From positions 1 to 48,863 of the forward strand of contig JBAYZB010000001.1 in NCBI GenBank assembly GCA_041672765.1: a stretch of 48,863 nucleotides of DNA, given 5' to 3'. Shown here one piece after another: positions 28,099 through 37,468 of the stretch. The position numbers and the translations under genes were made by a program. The number at the start of each line of letters is the position of its first letter. Position 1 is the stretch's first letter. The notes under the pieces are model-generated. The model was given only the letters and a program-made list of their open reading frames with translations. It was not told the origin of the DNA and made no database searches. Source of the stretch: Gammaproteobacteria bacterium (lineage in GTDB: Bacteria; Pseudomonadota; Gammaproteobacteria; JBAYZB01).

Positions 28099-29289
28099 TC
28101 AATTCCTTGGCCGGATCGGGCGCTGGGTGACCGTTGCCGTTGCGGAGAAGGGTTTGCCGTTGCGCAGGCCGTCGAGGTGGACCTGGGTGCCGGGGGCGTG
28201 GCGGGAAATCAGATCCAGGACACCCGCGGTATCGTTGACCTCCACCCCGTCGATTTCCGTGATGACGTCCCCGGGCTGCAGGCCGGCCGCGGCGGCGGGG
28301 CTGTTGCGCAGGACGCCCGCCACCAGTACGCCCCTGGCCTGGGGCAGGCCGAAGGACTGGGCCAGCTCCGGAGTGACCTCCTGCGCCTCGATCCCCAGCC
28401 AGCCGCGGGTCACCCGCCCCTTCTCGATGATCTGCTGCATCACGTCCCGGGCGAGGCTGACGGGGATGGCGAAACCGATCCCTTCCGAGCCGCCGGTGCG
28501 GCTGAAGATCGCCGTGTTGATGCCGACCATCTCGCCGTAGGGATTGATGAGGGCGCCGCCGGAATTGCCGGGGTTGATCGCGGCGTCCGTCTGGATGAAG
28601 TTCTCGAAGGTATTGATGCCCAACTGCTTGCGGCCCGTGGCGCTGACGATGCCCATGGTGACCGTCTGGCCGACTCCGAAGGGGTTGCCGATGGCCAGCA
28701 CCACGTCGCCCACCTGAAGATCCTCGGAATCGCCAATCAGGATGCTGGGCAGATCGGGCAGTTCGAGCCGGAGCACCGCGAGGTCCGTTTCCGGGTCGAT
28801 GCCGACCACCCGTGCCTGGGTGCCGCGCCCGTCGGAAAGCGCCACCTTGATCTCGTCCGCGCCCTCGATCACGTGATTGTTGGTGAGCACATAGCCCTGG
28901 GAACTCACGATGACGCCGGAGCCCAGGCTGGTTTCCGTGCGTTTGCGCGGCAGGGCCGGGACCTTGCCGCTGAAAAAGTGCTGGAAGAATGGATCGTCGA
29001 GCAACGGGTGGGAGCGTTGCGGCACCTCCTTGCTGGTGAAGATGTTCACCACGGCCGGGCTGGCGAGCCTCACCGCGGCTGAGTAGGAGACCGGCCCCGC
29101 CAAGTCGTTGCCTTGAACGCTCGACGCGACTTGAGCCAGGCCTTGAAGTGGCGAAACGCTCTGCCGCATTTCGACGACGTTGATCGGGGCGAGCAGTTCC
29201 GGGCGTAGAAGGACAAAAAAGAAACCCGCCGCGAGTCCGAGGGTGACGATCTTAAACAGGAATGCCAAGCGTCTTGAAATGCGCATCAT
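28099..29289 (-). CDS. Membrane-anchored DegS/AlgW-type serine endoprotease (trypsin fold + one PDZ)
   Basis: N-terminal TM segment. TNNHV (His), D, and GNSGGALIN (Ser) form the catalytic triad context. A single C-terminal PDZ domain is present. Confidence 0.9.
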   Translation of the reverse strand: MMRISRRLAFLFKIVTLGLAAGFFFVLLRPELLAPINVVEMRQSVSPLQGLAQVASSVQGNDLAGPVSYSAAVRLASPAVVNIFTSKEVPQRSHPLLDDPFFQHFFSGKVPALPRKRTETSLGSGVIVSSQGYVLTNNHVIEGADEIKVALSDGRGTQARVVGIDPETDLAVLRLELPDLPSILIGDSEDLQVGDVVLAIGNPFGVGQTVTMGIVSATGRKQLGINTFENFIQTDAAINPGNSGGALINPYGEMVGINTAIFSRTGGSEGIGFAIPVSLARDVMQQIIEKGRVTRGWLGIEAQEVTPELAQSFGLPQARGVLVAGVLRNSPAAAAGLQPGDVITEIDGVEVNDTAGVLDLISRHAPGTQVHLDGLRNGKPFSATATVTQRPIRPRN

Positions 29290-29514
29290 TCAATTAAACT
29301 AGCATGTTCTTGACCCGGCGTCGGGAACACGGACGCCTCACCCGGGCCATGAGAGGGAATCCGTGCGGCAAGAGCCGCTCCCACCGGAATTGGGGATGGC
29401 CGCGGGGCCAGCCCCAAGTATCTGCCGGGAAAACCTGTGTGGCCGCGAATCCGAACTCGCGGCGTTGCCCTGCACCCGGACGAGTCCGCGTCCACGTTCC
29501 GGAGGTTCTGCGAA

Positions 29515-29900
29515 ATGCAACATACGGCGCCCATTCGTCTGCTGATCGTCGAAGACGACCCGCTGCTGCGCGACAGGTTGAAACCGCTCCTGGATGGAGA
29601 GCCCCTCCGCGTGGGGAGGTCAAGGACGTAATGTGGCGATGTCGCCAACCGACGAACCGGAACCCGGGACATGCGGCTCGCTGGATGCCGTCTCGCTGTT
29701 CCTTGATCTGCTCGGTGGACCTGGATCGTGTCTTGTGCCAAGTTCGCCGCGTGAGGAGGGCCGGGAAGATGGGATTTCATCCCGGGGTTGCGCGCGCCGC
29801 ATCGTGCCGGTGTCTGGATGCATACGATGATGCACCGTTTGGGCGTCGGCCACGGGTGTGGGCTGCCGGGAGATTGTGGCGCCGATATGTCTTCGGCCAG
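29515..29900 (+). pseudogene. Decayed response-regulator receiver domain remnant
   Basis: GGAGG RBS plus ATG 29515 give MQHTAPIRLLIVEDDPLLRDRLKPLLDGE (a canonical receiver N-terminus), with a stop after 38 codons. Weaker receiver-like pieces follow in other frames (DAVSLFLDLLGGPG; LDAYDDAPF...RLWRR). Confidence 0.45.
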
Positions 29901-30115
29901 GGCCGGTCGACGGGGTAGGCGTTGAGCCGCGCTGCAAGTCGCGGCGGGCTTCCGCAAGCCGTGATTCGACTTGACCAAAATCGCGCCTTATAAGAAGCTA
30001 TCGCGTTTGTGATGGGTAGGATTACTTAGGTCTTTCACTTTGTAATCGTATAAAAATAATCAACAATTTCTGCCCGCCAAAGATTATCCAGCCGAAAATT
30101 TGGGAGAAATGCTAA

Positions 30116-30730
30116 ATGAGCACAGATGGCGTAGATGATCGCGTAGATCTCGGCAAACGCCGCTTCCTTACCGCCGCTGCGACGGTGGTGGGGGGGGTGG
30201 GCGCCGTGTACGCAGCGATCCCATTTATCACATCCATGCAGCCGAGCGCCCGGGCGCAGGCGGCGGGCGCCCCGGTGGAAGTCGATATCAGCAAGCTCGA
30301 ACCCGGTCAGCGTATCACGGTCGAGTGGCGCGGCAAGCCGGTGTGGATCGTACGGCGCACGGAAGAAGTCATGAAGGGGCTGTCGGCCATCAACGATCAG
30401 CTACGCGATCCGCATTCCGAGGTCGAGACGCAACAGCCGCCCTATGCGCAGAACGAGTATCGGGCCCGCGCCGACAAGCCGGAAATCCTCGTTGTCGTCG
30501 GCATTTGCACGCATCTGGGCTGCTCCCCCACCTACCGACCCGACGTGGGTGCCGCGGACCTTGGCGCCGATTGGCCCGGCGGGTTCTTCTGCCCCTGCCA
30601 CGGTTCGCGCTTCGATATGGCTGGACGGGTGTTCCAGGGCGTTCCGGCGCCCACCAACCTGGAGGTTCCGCCCTACAGCTTCCTGAGCGACACCCGTCTG
30701 TTGGTCGGTGAGGACAAAGGAGCCGCATAA
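30116..30730 (+). CDS. petA: Ubiquinol-cytochrome c reductase iron-sulfur (Rieske) subunit
   Basis: Tat-like RRFLTAAATVVGG. Rieske boxes CTHLGC and CPCHGS. Confidence 0.95.
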   Translation: MSTDGVDDRVDLGKRRFLTAAATVVGGVGAVYAAIPFITSMQPSARAQAAGAPVEVDISKLEPGQRITVEWRGKPVWIVRRTEEVMKGLSAINDQLRDPHSEVETQQPPYAQNEYRARADKPEILVVVGICTHLGCSPTYRPDVGAADLGADWPGGFFCPCHGSRFDMAGRVFQGVPAPTNLEVPPYSFLSDTRLLVGEDKGAA

Positions 30731-31953
30731 TGAGCAAGATGTTGATAAGCCTGCGCGATTGGGTGGACGCCCGGTTCCCTCTCACGGAAACGTGGAATTA
30801 CCACCTGGCAAAATACTATGCACCGAAGAACTTCAACTTCTGGTACTTCTTCGGTTCTCTCGCCCTTCTGGTGCTGGTGATCCAGATCGTCACCGGCATC
30901 TTCCTCACCATGAACTACAAGCCGGACGCGGACCTCGCCTTCGCCTCCGTCGAGTACATCATGCGCGACGTGAACTGGGGCTGGCTGATCCGGTACCTGC
31001 ATTCCACCGGCGCCTCCGCGTTCTTCGTGGTGGTGTATCTGCACATGTTCCGCGGCCTGATGTACGGCTCCTACAAGAAGCCGCGCGAACTGCTGTGGAT
31101 CATCGGCATGATCATCTACGTCGTCCTCATGGCCGAGGCCTTCATGGGCTATCTGCTGCCCTGGGGTCAGATGTCCTATTGGGGGGCGCAGGTGATCATT
31201 TCGCTGTTCGGCGCGATTCCCTATGTCGGTGATGCGCTGGCGCTCTGGATCCGCGGCGACTTCGTGGTGTCCGACGCGACACTGAACCGCTTCTTCGCGT
31301 TCCATGTCATCGCGCTGCCGCTGGTGCTGGTGGCCCTGGTGTTCGTGCACATCGTGGCGCTGCATGCGGTGGGCTCCAATAACCCGGATGGCATCGAGAT
31401 CAAGAAGAACAAGGGCCCGGATGGCGTGCCGCTGGATGGCATCCCGTTCCATCCCTACTACACCGTCAAGGACATCGTCGGGGTGGTGGTGTTCCTGATG
31501 GTGTTCTGCGCCATCGTGTTCTTCTATCCGGAGATGGGCGGCTGGTTCCTGGAGAAGGACAACTTCACCCCGGCCGATCCGCTGAAGACCCCTGAGCACA
31601 TCGTGCCGCTGTGGTACTTCACCGCGTTCTACGCCATCCTGCGCGCCGTGCCCGACAAGTTCCTGGGCGTGGTGGCCATGGGCGGCGCCATCGCGCTGCT
31701 GTTCGTCCTGCCCTGGCTGGACCGCAGCCCGGTGAAGTCCATCCGCTACCGCGGCGTGCTGTTCAAGTCCGCCTTGGCGGTGTTCACCATCAGCTTCATC
31801 GGGCTTGCTTATCTCGGCACGCAGCCGGCGACCCCGGCGCTGACCAATCTGGCGCGGGTGTTCGCGGTGCTGTACTTCGCGTTCTTCCTGCTGATGCCGA
31901 TCTACTCGAAGCTGGATAAGACCAAGCCGGTTCCGGAAAGGGTGACCAAATGA
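30730..31953 (+). CDS. petB: Cytochrome b
   Basis: 407 aa polytopic protein. WNFGSL-like FNFWYFFGSL, IRYLHSTGASAFF and PEWYF-like VPLWYF. Confidence 0.95.
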   Translation: MSKMLISLRDWVDARFPLTETWNYHLAKYYAPKNFNFWYFFGSLALLVLVIQIVTGIFLTMNYKPDADLAFASVEYIMRDVNWGWLIRYLHSTGASAFFVVVYLHMFRGLMYGSYKKPRELLWIIGMIIYVVLMAEAFMGYLLPWGQMSYWGAQVIISLFGAIPYVGDALALWIRGDFVVSDATLNRFFAFHVIALPLVLVALVFVHIVALHAVGSNNPDGIEIKKNKGPDGVPLDGIPFHPYYTVKDIVGVVVFLMVFCAIVFFYPEMGGWFLEKDNFTPADPLKTPEHIVPLWYFTAFYAILRAVPDKFLGVVAMGGAIALLFVLPWLDRSPVKSIRYRGVLFKSALAVFTISFIGLAYLGTQPATPALTNLARVFAVLYFAFFLLMPIYSKLDKTKPVPERVTK

Positions 31954-32684
31954 AAAAGTACTTCATTGCATTGCTGATTGCCGTCCTGCCGGCCGCCGGC
32001 TTCGCGGCGGGTGCCGGGCCCACGCTGGACAAGGCCAATATCAACCTGGGCGACACGGAGTCCCTTCAGCGCGGCGCCAGGCTGTTCGTCAACTACTGCC
32101 TGAGCTGCCACTCCGCCAGCTTCATGCGTTATAACCGCATTGGCCGGGATCTGGGGCTGAGCGACGACGTACTCAAGAGCAATCTGATGTTCACCACCGA
32201 CAAGGTCGGCGACGTCATGGAGACGGCTATGCCGGCCCAGGACGCCAAGAACTGGTTCGGCGTGACGCCGCCCGATCTGTCGGTGATCGCCCGGGCGCGC
32301 GGTGTGGACTGGCTGTACACCTATCTGCGCGGTTTCTACGTGGACGAGTCGCGGCCGTTCGGCGTCAACAACACGGTCTTCCCGGATGTGGGCATGCCCC
32401 ATGTGCTGGGTGAGCTGCAGGGTTGGCAGAAGCCGGTGTATGCCGAAGGGAAGGGCGACGGCGCGACTAAAGTGATCGAGCGCATGGAACTGGTCAAGCC
32501 CGGCACCATGACGCCCGCCGAGTACGACAGCGCCGTCCGCGATCTCGTCAACTTTCTCGCTTACATGGGCGAGCCCGCAAAGCTGGAGCGCCAGCGCATC
32601 GGCATCTGGGTGATGGTGTTCCTGGCGGTGTTCTTCGTTGTCGCCTATCTCCTCAAGAAGGAGTACTGGAAGGACGTTCACTAA
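31950..32684 (+). CDS. petC: Cytochrome c1
   Basis: Signal peptide, CLSCHS heme-binding site and a C-terminal TM anchor. ATGA overlap with petB. Confidence 0.92.
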   Translation: MKKYFIALLIAVLPAAGFAAGAGPTLDKANINLGDTESLQRGARLFVNYCLSCHSASFMRYNRIGRDLGLSDDVLKSNLMFTTDKVGDVMETAMPAQDAKNWFGVTPPDLSVIARARGVDWLYTYLRGFYVDESRPFGVNNTVFPDVGMPHVLGELQGWQKPVYAEGKGDGATKVIERMELVKPGTMTPAEYDSAVRDLVNFLAYMGEPAKLERQRIGIWVMVFLAVFFVVAYLLKKEYWKDVH

Positions 32685-32698
32685 GGACCTTCCGTTTT

Positions 32699-32731
32699 GC
32701 CCCCGGGGCCGCCGCAGTGTGGCCTCGGGGC
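32699..32731 (+). other. GC-rich stem-loop between petC and sspA
   Basis: GCCCCCGGGGCC-(10 nt)-GGCCTCGGGGC with one mismatch. No U-tract follows it. Confidence 0.4.
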
Positions 32732-32777
32732 AGAACTACATGCTTCAGATCAGTTGTTCGTATCAGGAGGATCCTCA

Positions 32778-33404
32778 ATGGCGCTGATTGCCCATCGCAG
32801 GTCGGTCATGACGCTGTTTTCGGGAGCGACCTGCCCGTACAGCCACCGTGTCCGCATCGTATTGGCCGAGAAAGGCATCTCCGTCGAGATCCTCGATATC
32901 GATCCGGACAACAAGCCGGAGGATCTGATCGATCTGAACCCCTATCAGACGACCCCGACGTTCCTGGATCGCGAGCTGGTGCTCTACGAATCGCGCATCA
33001 TCATGGAGTATCTGGACGAGCGTTTTCCGCATCCTCCGCTGATGCCGGTGGATCCGGTGGCGCGCGCCAAGGCACGGCTTGCCATGTACCGGATTGAGCA
33101 GGACTGGTATCGGCTGTTGGAGGATCTGGAGTCAAACAACGAAAAACAGCTCGCCAAGGCCCGCAAGATCCTGCGCGATGAGCTGACGGCGAGCGCTGAG
33201 CTGTTTGCGGCGAAGCCGTTTTTCATGAGCGACGAGTTCTCGCTGCTGGACTGCGCGATCGCTCCGCTCCTGTGGCGGTTGCCGCATTTCGGTATCGAAC
33301 TGCCCACCCAGGCCAAGCCGGTGATGCAATATGCCCAGCGCATATTCAGCCGCGACTCGTTTCGCGCCAGCCTGTCCGATGCGGAGCGGGAGATGCGGGA
33401 ATAG
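32778..33404 (+). CDS. sspA: Stringent starvation protein A (GST-like)
   Basis: MTLFSGATCPYSHRVRIVLAEKGI...YESRIIMEYLDERFPHPPLMP. CAGGAGG RBS present. Confidence 0.93.
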   Translation: MALIAHRRSVMTLFSGATCPYSHRVRIVLAEKGISVEILDIDPDNKPEDLIDLNPYQTTPTFLDRELVLYESRIIMEYLDERFPHPPLMPVDPVARAKARLAMYRIEQDWYRLLEDLESNNEKQLAKARKILRDELTASAELFAAKPFFMSDEFSLLDCAIAPLLWRLPHFGIELPTQAKPVMQYAQRIFSRDSFRASLSDAEREMRE

Positions 33405-33525
33405 CGAAGGGTGCCTCCTGCCGCTCGTCGTTTCCGGGCTACGCGGGGTGATACGGCAAATTCCCGCGGGCGACCACGGAAGCCCGTAACCTCCAGTTCG
33501 TCATTTTGCGCCTGAAACAGCCGAC

Positions 33526-33906
33526 ATGACTTCCAGCCGACCCTATCTGATCCGCGCCCTATACCAATGGATCGTCGACAATAACCTCACGCCCCATATC
33601 CTCATCAACGCCGGCCACAAGGGTGTGCAAGCGCCCCAGCAGTATGCGCAGGACGGCCGTCTGATCCTCAACATCAGTCCCACGGCGGTTCAGGGGCTAC
33701 TGATGGGCAATGAGCTGATCGAGTTCAATGCCCGTTTTGGAGGGGTGCCCATGGCGGTGGTCATTCCCACCGGCGCGGTGTTAGCCATTTATGCGAAGGA
33801 AAACGGTCAGGGCATGCTCTTCAGCGAGGAGGATGACGGTGGCGACAGTGCGCCGCCGGAACCTCAGCCTCCCTCCGGCAAGCCGACGCTGCGCGTGGTG
33901 AAATAG
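33526..33906 (+). CDS. sspB: ClpXP adaptor / stringent starvation protein B
   Basis: RPYLIRALYQWIVDNNLTPHILI, and a C-terminal LRVVK ClpX-binding tail. Confidence 0.93.
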   Translation: MTSSRPYLIRALYQWIVDNNLTPHILINAGHKGVQAPQQYAQDGRLILNISPTAVQGLLMGNELIEFNARFGGVPMAVVIPTGAVLAIYAKENGQGMLFSEEDDGGDSAPPEPQPPSGKPTLRVVK

Positions 33907-33910
33907 CGCG

Positions 33911-34246
33911 TCACTCCAATCTGTCCGCCGCTCGGGGATAAATCTGGTCCGGGCGCTCCAGGTGCAGCTCCTCGATATGCCTCCCAAGCAGGGCGACCGT
34001 GCCGCGATGGCGGCTGGTTCCGCTTTCGGTGAACTCGAACCGGTAGGTGCGATGGAGCTGTAGTTGTCCGAGCGCATTGCGGCGCAAGCGCAGGCGCGAC
34101 AACGCCACCGTTTCGTCCAGGAACTGTATGCCGAGATGCCGGCAGGTTTTTTCGCAGGCGGCGACCGCCGTTTCGCGTGCCCGCATGCTGTCCAACCAGA
34201 ACCAGATGGCCAGCGCAAATGCCAGAATTATTATCGGTTGGGTCAT
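33911..34246 (-). CDS. DUF3301 domain protein
   Basis: 111 aa. N-terminal TM segment, then RARETAVAACEKTCRHLGIQFLDETVALSRLRLRR...YRFEF, the typical DUF3301 pattern. Confidence 0.65.
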   Translation of the reverse strand: MTQPIIILAFALAIWFWLDSMRARETAVAACEKTCRHLGIQFLDETVALSRLRLRRNALGQLQLHRTYRFEFTESGTSRHRGTVALLGRHIEELHLERPDQIYPRAADRLE

Positions 34247-34374
34247 CCGCCTGTGATAGTGCCGGTTGTCGGGGTTGTTCGGGGCGATCAGATCATGATT
34301 CGCATCGTGCCTGGTGACATCACGGGGCTCCGTGTGAGCGGGCGAGCCATGCACGGATTTTGGCAGGGTCGCTT

Positions 34375-35769
34375 CTACGGTTGTTCCAAAGGCAATTTTT
34401 TATCGGGATTCAAGATATTTTTCGGGTCGAACTCGCGCTTGATGCGGCGCATGAGGTCCAGGGTCACGGGATCGATCTCGCGTGCGATGAAGTCGCGCTT
34501 CTCGAGCCCGACTCCATGCTCGCCGGACAGCGTGCCTTTCAGTTGCAGCACCAGGTCGAACACCCGGTCGAGACACCGCTCGGCCGCGTGCAATTGAGCC
34601 TGATCATTGGGGTCGATCAGCAGGTTGACGTGGATGTTGCCGTTGCCTGCATGGCCGAAGTTCACGATGGTGATACCGAATTCCCGGGCGAGGCCTTCGA
34701 GGCCTTCGATCAGTGCGGGAATGTTGGATACCGGCACCACCACGTCCTCGTTGATTTTTTTGGGCGCGATGTTGCGCAGCGCGGGTGATAACGCCTTGCG
34801 CGTTTCCCACAGCCGCGCCGCTTCCTCGCGCGTGCGCGCCGCGCGTATGCTCATCAGGCCCGGGCCTTCCGCGGCGCGGCGTATGGCATCGAGGGCGTGT
34901 TCCAGGTAGCCGGCCGGCCCGTCCACCTCGATCATCAGCATGGCGCCTGCGCCGGTGGGCAGTTCGGCCTTGGAGTAACCGCGGATCATCTCGATGGCGG
35001 TGCTGTCCATGAATTCCAGCGTGTAGGGTGTCACGGGCTGGGCCATGATGCGCGAGACGGCGTTCGCGGCGCTGCGGATGCTTTCATAGACCGCCTGCAG
35101 CGTCAGCACCGCCTCGGGCAGGGGGGTCAGCTTCAGCGTGGCCTCGGTGATGACGGCGAGCGTGCCCTCCGAACCGATCAGCAGGCGCGTGAGGTCGTAT
35201 CCCACCACACCCTTGGTGGTGTACACGCCGGTGCGGATCTCCTCGCCGGCGCCGGTGACGGCGCGCAGCCCCAGGGTGTTGTCCCGCGTGGTGCCGTATT
35301 TGACCGCGCGCGGGCCGGCGGAGTTGTAGGCGAGGTTGCCGCCCACGGTGCAAAACGCCGCGCTGGTGGGATCGGGCGGCCAGAAAAAGCCGTGCTGGGC
35401 GGCGGCGGCCTGCACCTGTTGGTTGGTCACGCCGGGTTCGACGACGATCACACGATTGGCCGGATCGACGGACAGGATGCGGTCCATCCGCTCCAGGGAC
35501 AGGACCAGTCCGCCGTGTATGGGGACCGTTGCGCCGGTGGTGCCGGTGCCACGGCCGCGGGCCACAATGGGCACCGCGGCGTGATTGCACAGACGTACCA
35601 CGTCCCGCACCTGTTCGTGGGTCGCGGCGAAGGCCACCGTGTCGGGCAAGGCATGGCGGCGACTGTTGTCGTAGCCGTACGGCCAGCGGTCCGCGGGATC
35701 CGACAGGACATTTTGCGCGCCCACTATGGCCGCGAGCCGCGCGAGAAAATCCGAGGGAATCTGAGCCAA
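34375..35769 (-). CDS. FAD-linked oxidase (GlcD / D-lactate dehydrogenase-like)
   Basis: 464 aa. PIVARGRGTGTTGATVP FAD-binding PCMH block, and a C-terminal GTLSGEHGVGLEKR. Confidence 0.85.
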   Translation of the reverse strand: MAQIPSDFLARLAAIVGAQNVLSDPADRWPYGYDNSRRHALPDTVAFAATHEQVRDVVRLCNHAAVPIVARGRGTGTTGATVPIHGGLVLSLERMDRILSVDPANRVIVVEPGVTNQQVQAAAAQHGFFWPPDPTSAAFCTVGGNLAYNSAGPRAVKYGTTRDNTLGLRAVTGAGEEIRTGVYTTKGVVGYDLTRLLIGSEGTLAVITEATLKLTPLPEAVLTLQAVYESIRSAANAVSRIMAQPVTPYTLEFMDSTAIEMIRGYSKAELPTGAGAMLMIEVDGPAGYLEHALDAIRRAAEGPGLMSIRAARTREEAARLWETRKALSPALRNIAPKKINEDVVVPVSNIPALIEGLEGLAREFGITIVNFGHAGNGNIHVNLLIDPNDQAQLHAAERCLDRVFDLVLQLKGTLSGEHGVGLEKRDFIAREIDPVTLDLMRRIKREFDPKNILNPDKKLPLEQP

Positions 35770-35834
35770 GTCGCGTGCTCCTCGCGGATCGCGCTCCGTG
35801 GAGTCGGGGTTGAAATTAAGGTGCCGCGCGGTCG

Positions 35835-36425
35835 TTATTTATTAATGTACTCGAAAAGTTTCACGACCCTCTGGACACCGCCCACCTGCCGCGTCTTCTC
35901 GGTCACCGCCTCCGCTTCGGCATGGGTGAGCAGACCCATGAGATAAACGATGCCGCGTTCGGTGACGACTTTTACGCGGGTGGCATCGAAGCCTTCGAGT
36001 CCCTCGATCTTCAGGTGGCTCGCCTTCACCTTGCCTGTGATCATGGTGTCACTGGTGCGGGACAGGAGCGAACTGGGAGCCGCCACGGCGATCTCGTTAT
36101 ATACCCGCATCACGCCGGGCACCCCTCGGACATGCTGCTCGACGCGTGCGCGCGCCTGCTCCGTGGGCGCCTCTCCGGTCAGTAGCACGCTCCTGTTGTA
36201 ACTGGTGATGTTGACATGGATCTGGTCCCACAGTTCCTTGTCGCTGCTTACCGCCCCCAGCGCCTTCCATTCGATGCCTTCGTCGTCCATCACCGTGCCG
36301 GCCGAGCGGCGGTCGTGAATGGCGGCGGCGCCCACGGCGGCTCCTCCCGCAAGCATTTCGGCACAGCCCTGCAGCGCCATTGCCAGAACCCCAAGCAGGA
36401 TGGTTGTAAGCAGGTTTTTCGTCAT
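35835..36425 (-). CDS. dolP: Dual BON-domain outer-membrane lipoprotein DolP (YraP)
   Basis: Lipobox LQGC and two BON repeats. Lies in the conserved lpoA-yraN-diaA-dolP order. Confidence 0.85.
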   Translation of the reverse strand: MTKNLLTTILLGVLAMALQGCAEMLAGGAAVGAAAIHDRRSAGTVMDDEGIEWKALGAVSSDKELWDQIHVNITSYNRSVLLTGEAPTEQARARVEQHVRGVPGVMRVYNEIAVAAPSSLLSRTSDTMITGKVKASHLKIEGLEGFDATRVKVVTERGIVYLMGLLTHAEAEAVTEKTRQVGGVQRVVKLFEYINK

Positions 36426-36429
36426 TTAT

Positions 36430-37426
<997 letters not shown>

Positions 37427-37468
37427 GCGATTCAACGTCCTTTTGCCCGATCCCTGGTCGCCCACTCC

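Noticed and set aside
29971-29984. TTGACCAAAATCGC upstream of petA, considered as an FNR/ANR box (TTGAT-N4-ATCAA).
   Set aside because: Only about 7 of 10 consensus positions match, with the right half-site poor. It is not distinguishable from chance in an AT-rich promoter region.
33405-33525. Nested GC-rich pairings (CGGGCT...AGCCCG enclosing CGCGGG...CCCGCG) in the 121-nt sspA-sspB spacer.
   Set aside because: The stems are short and of a kind that arises easily in GC-rich DNA. There is no terminator tail and no second copy. I have no comparative data to show covariation.
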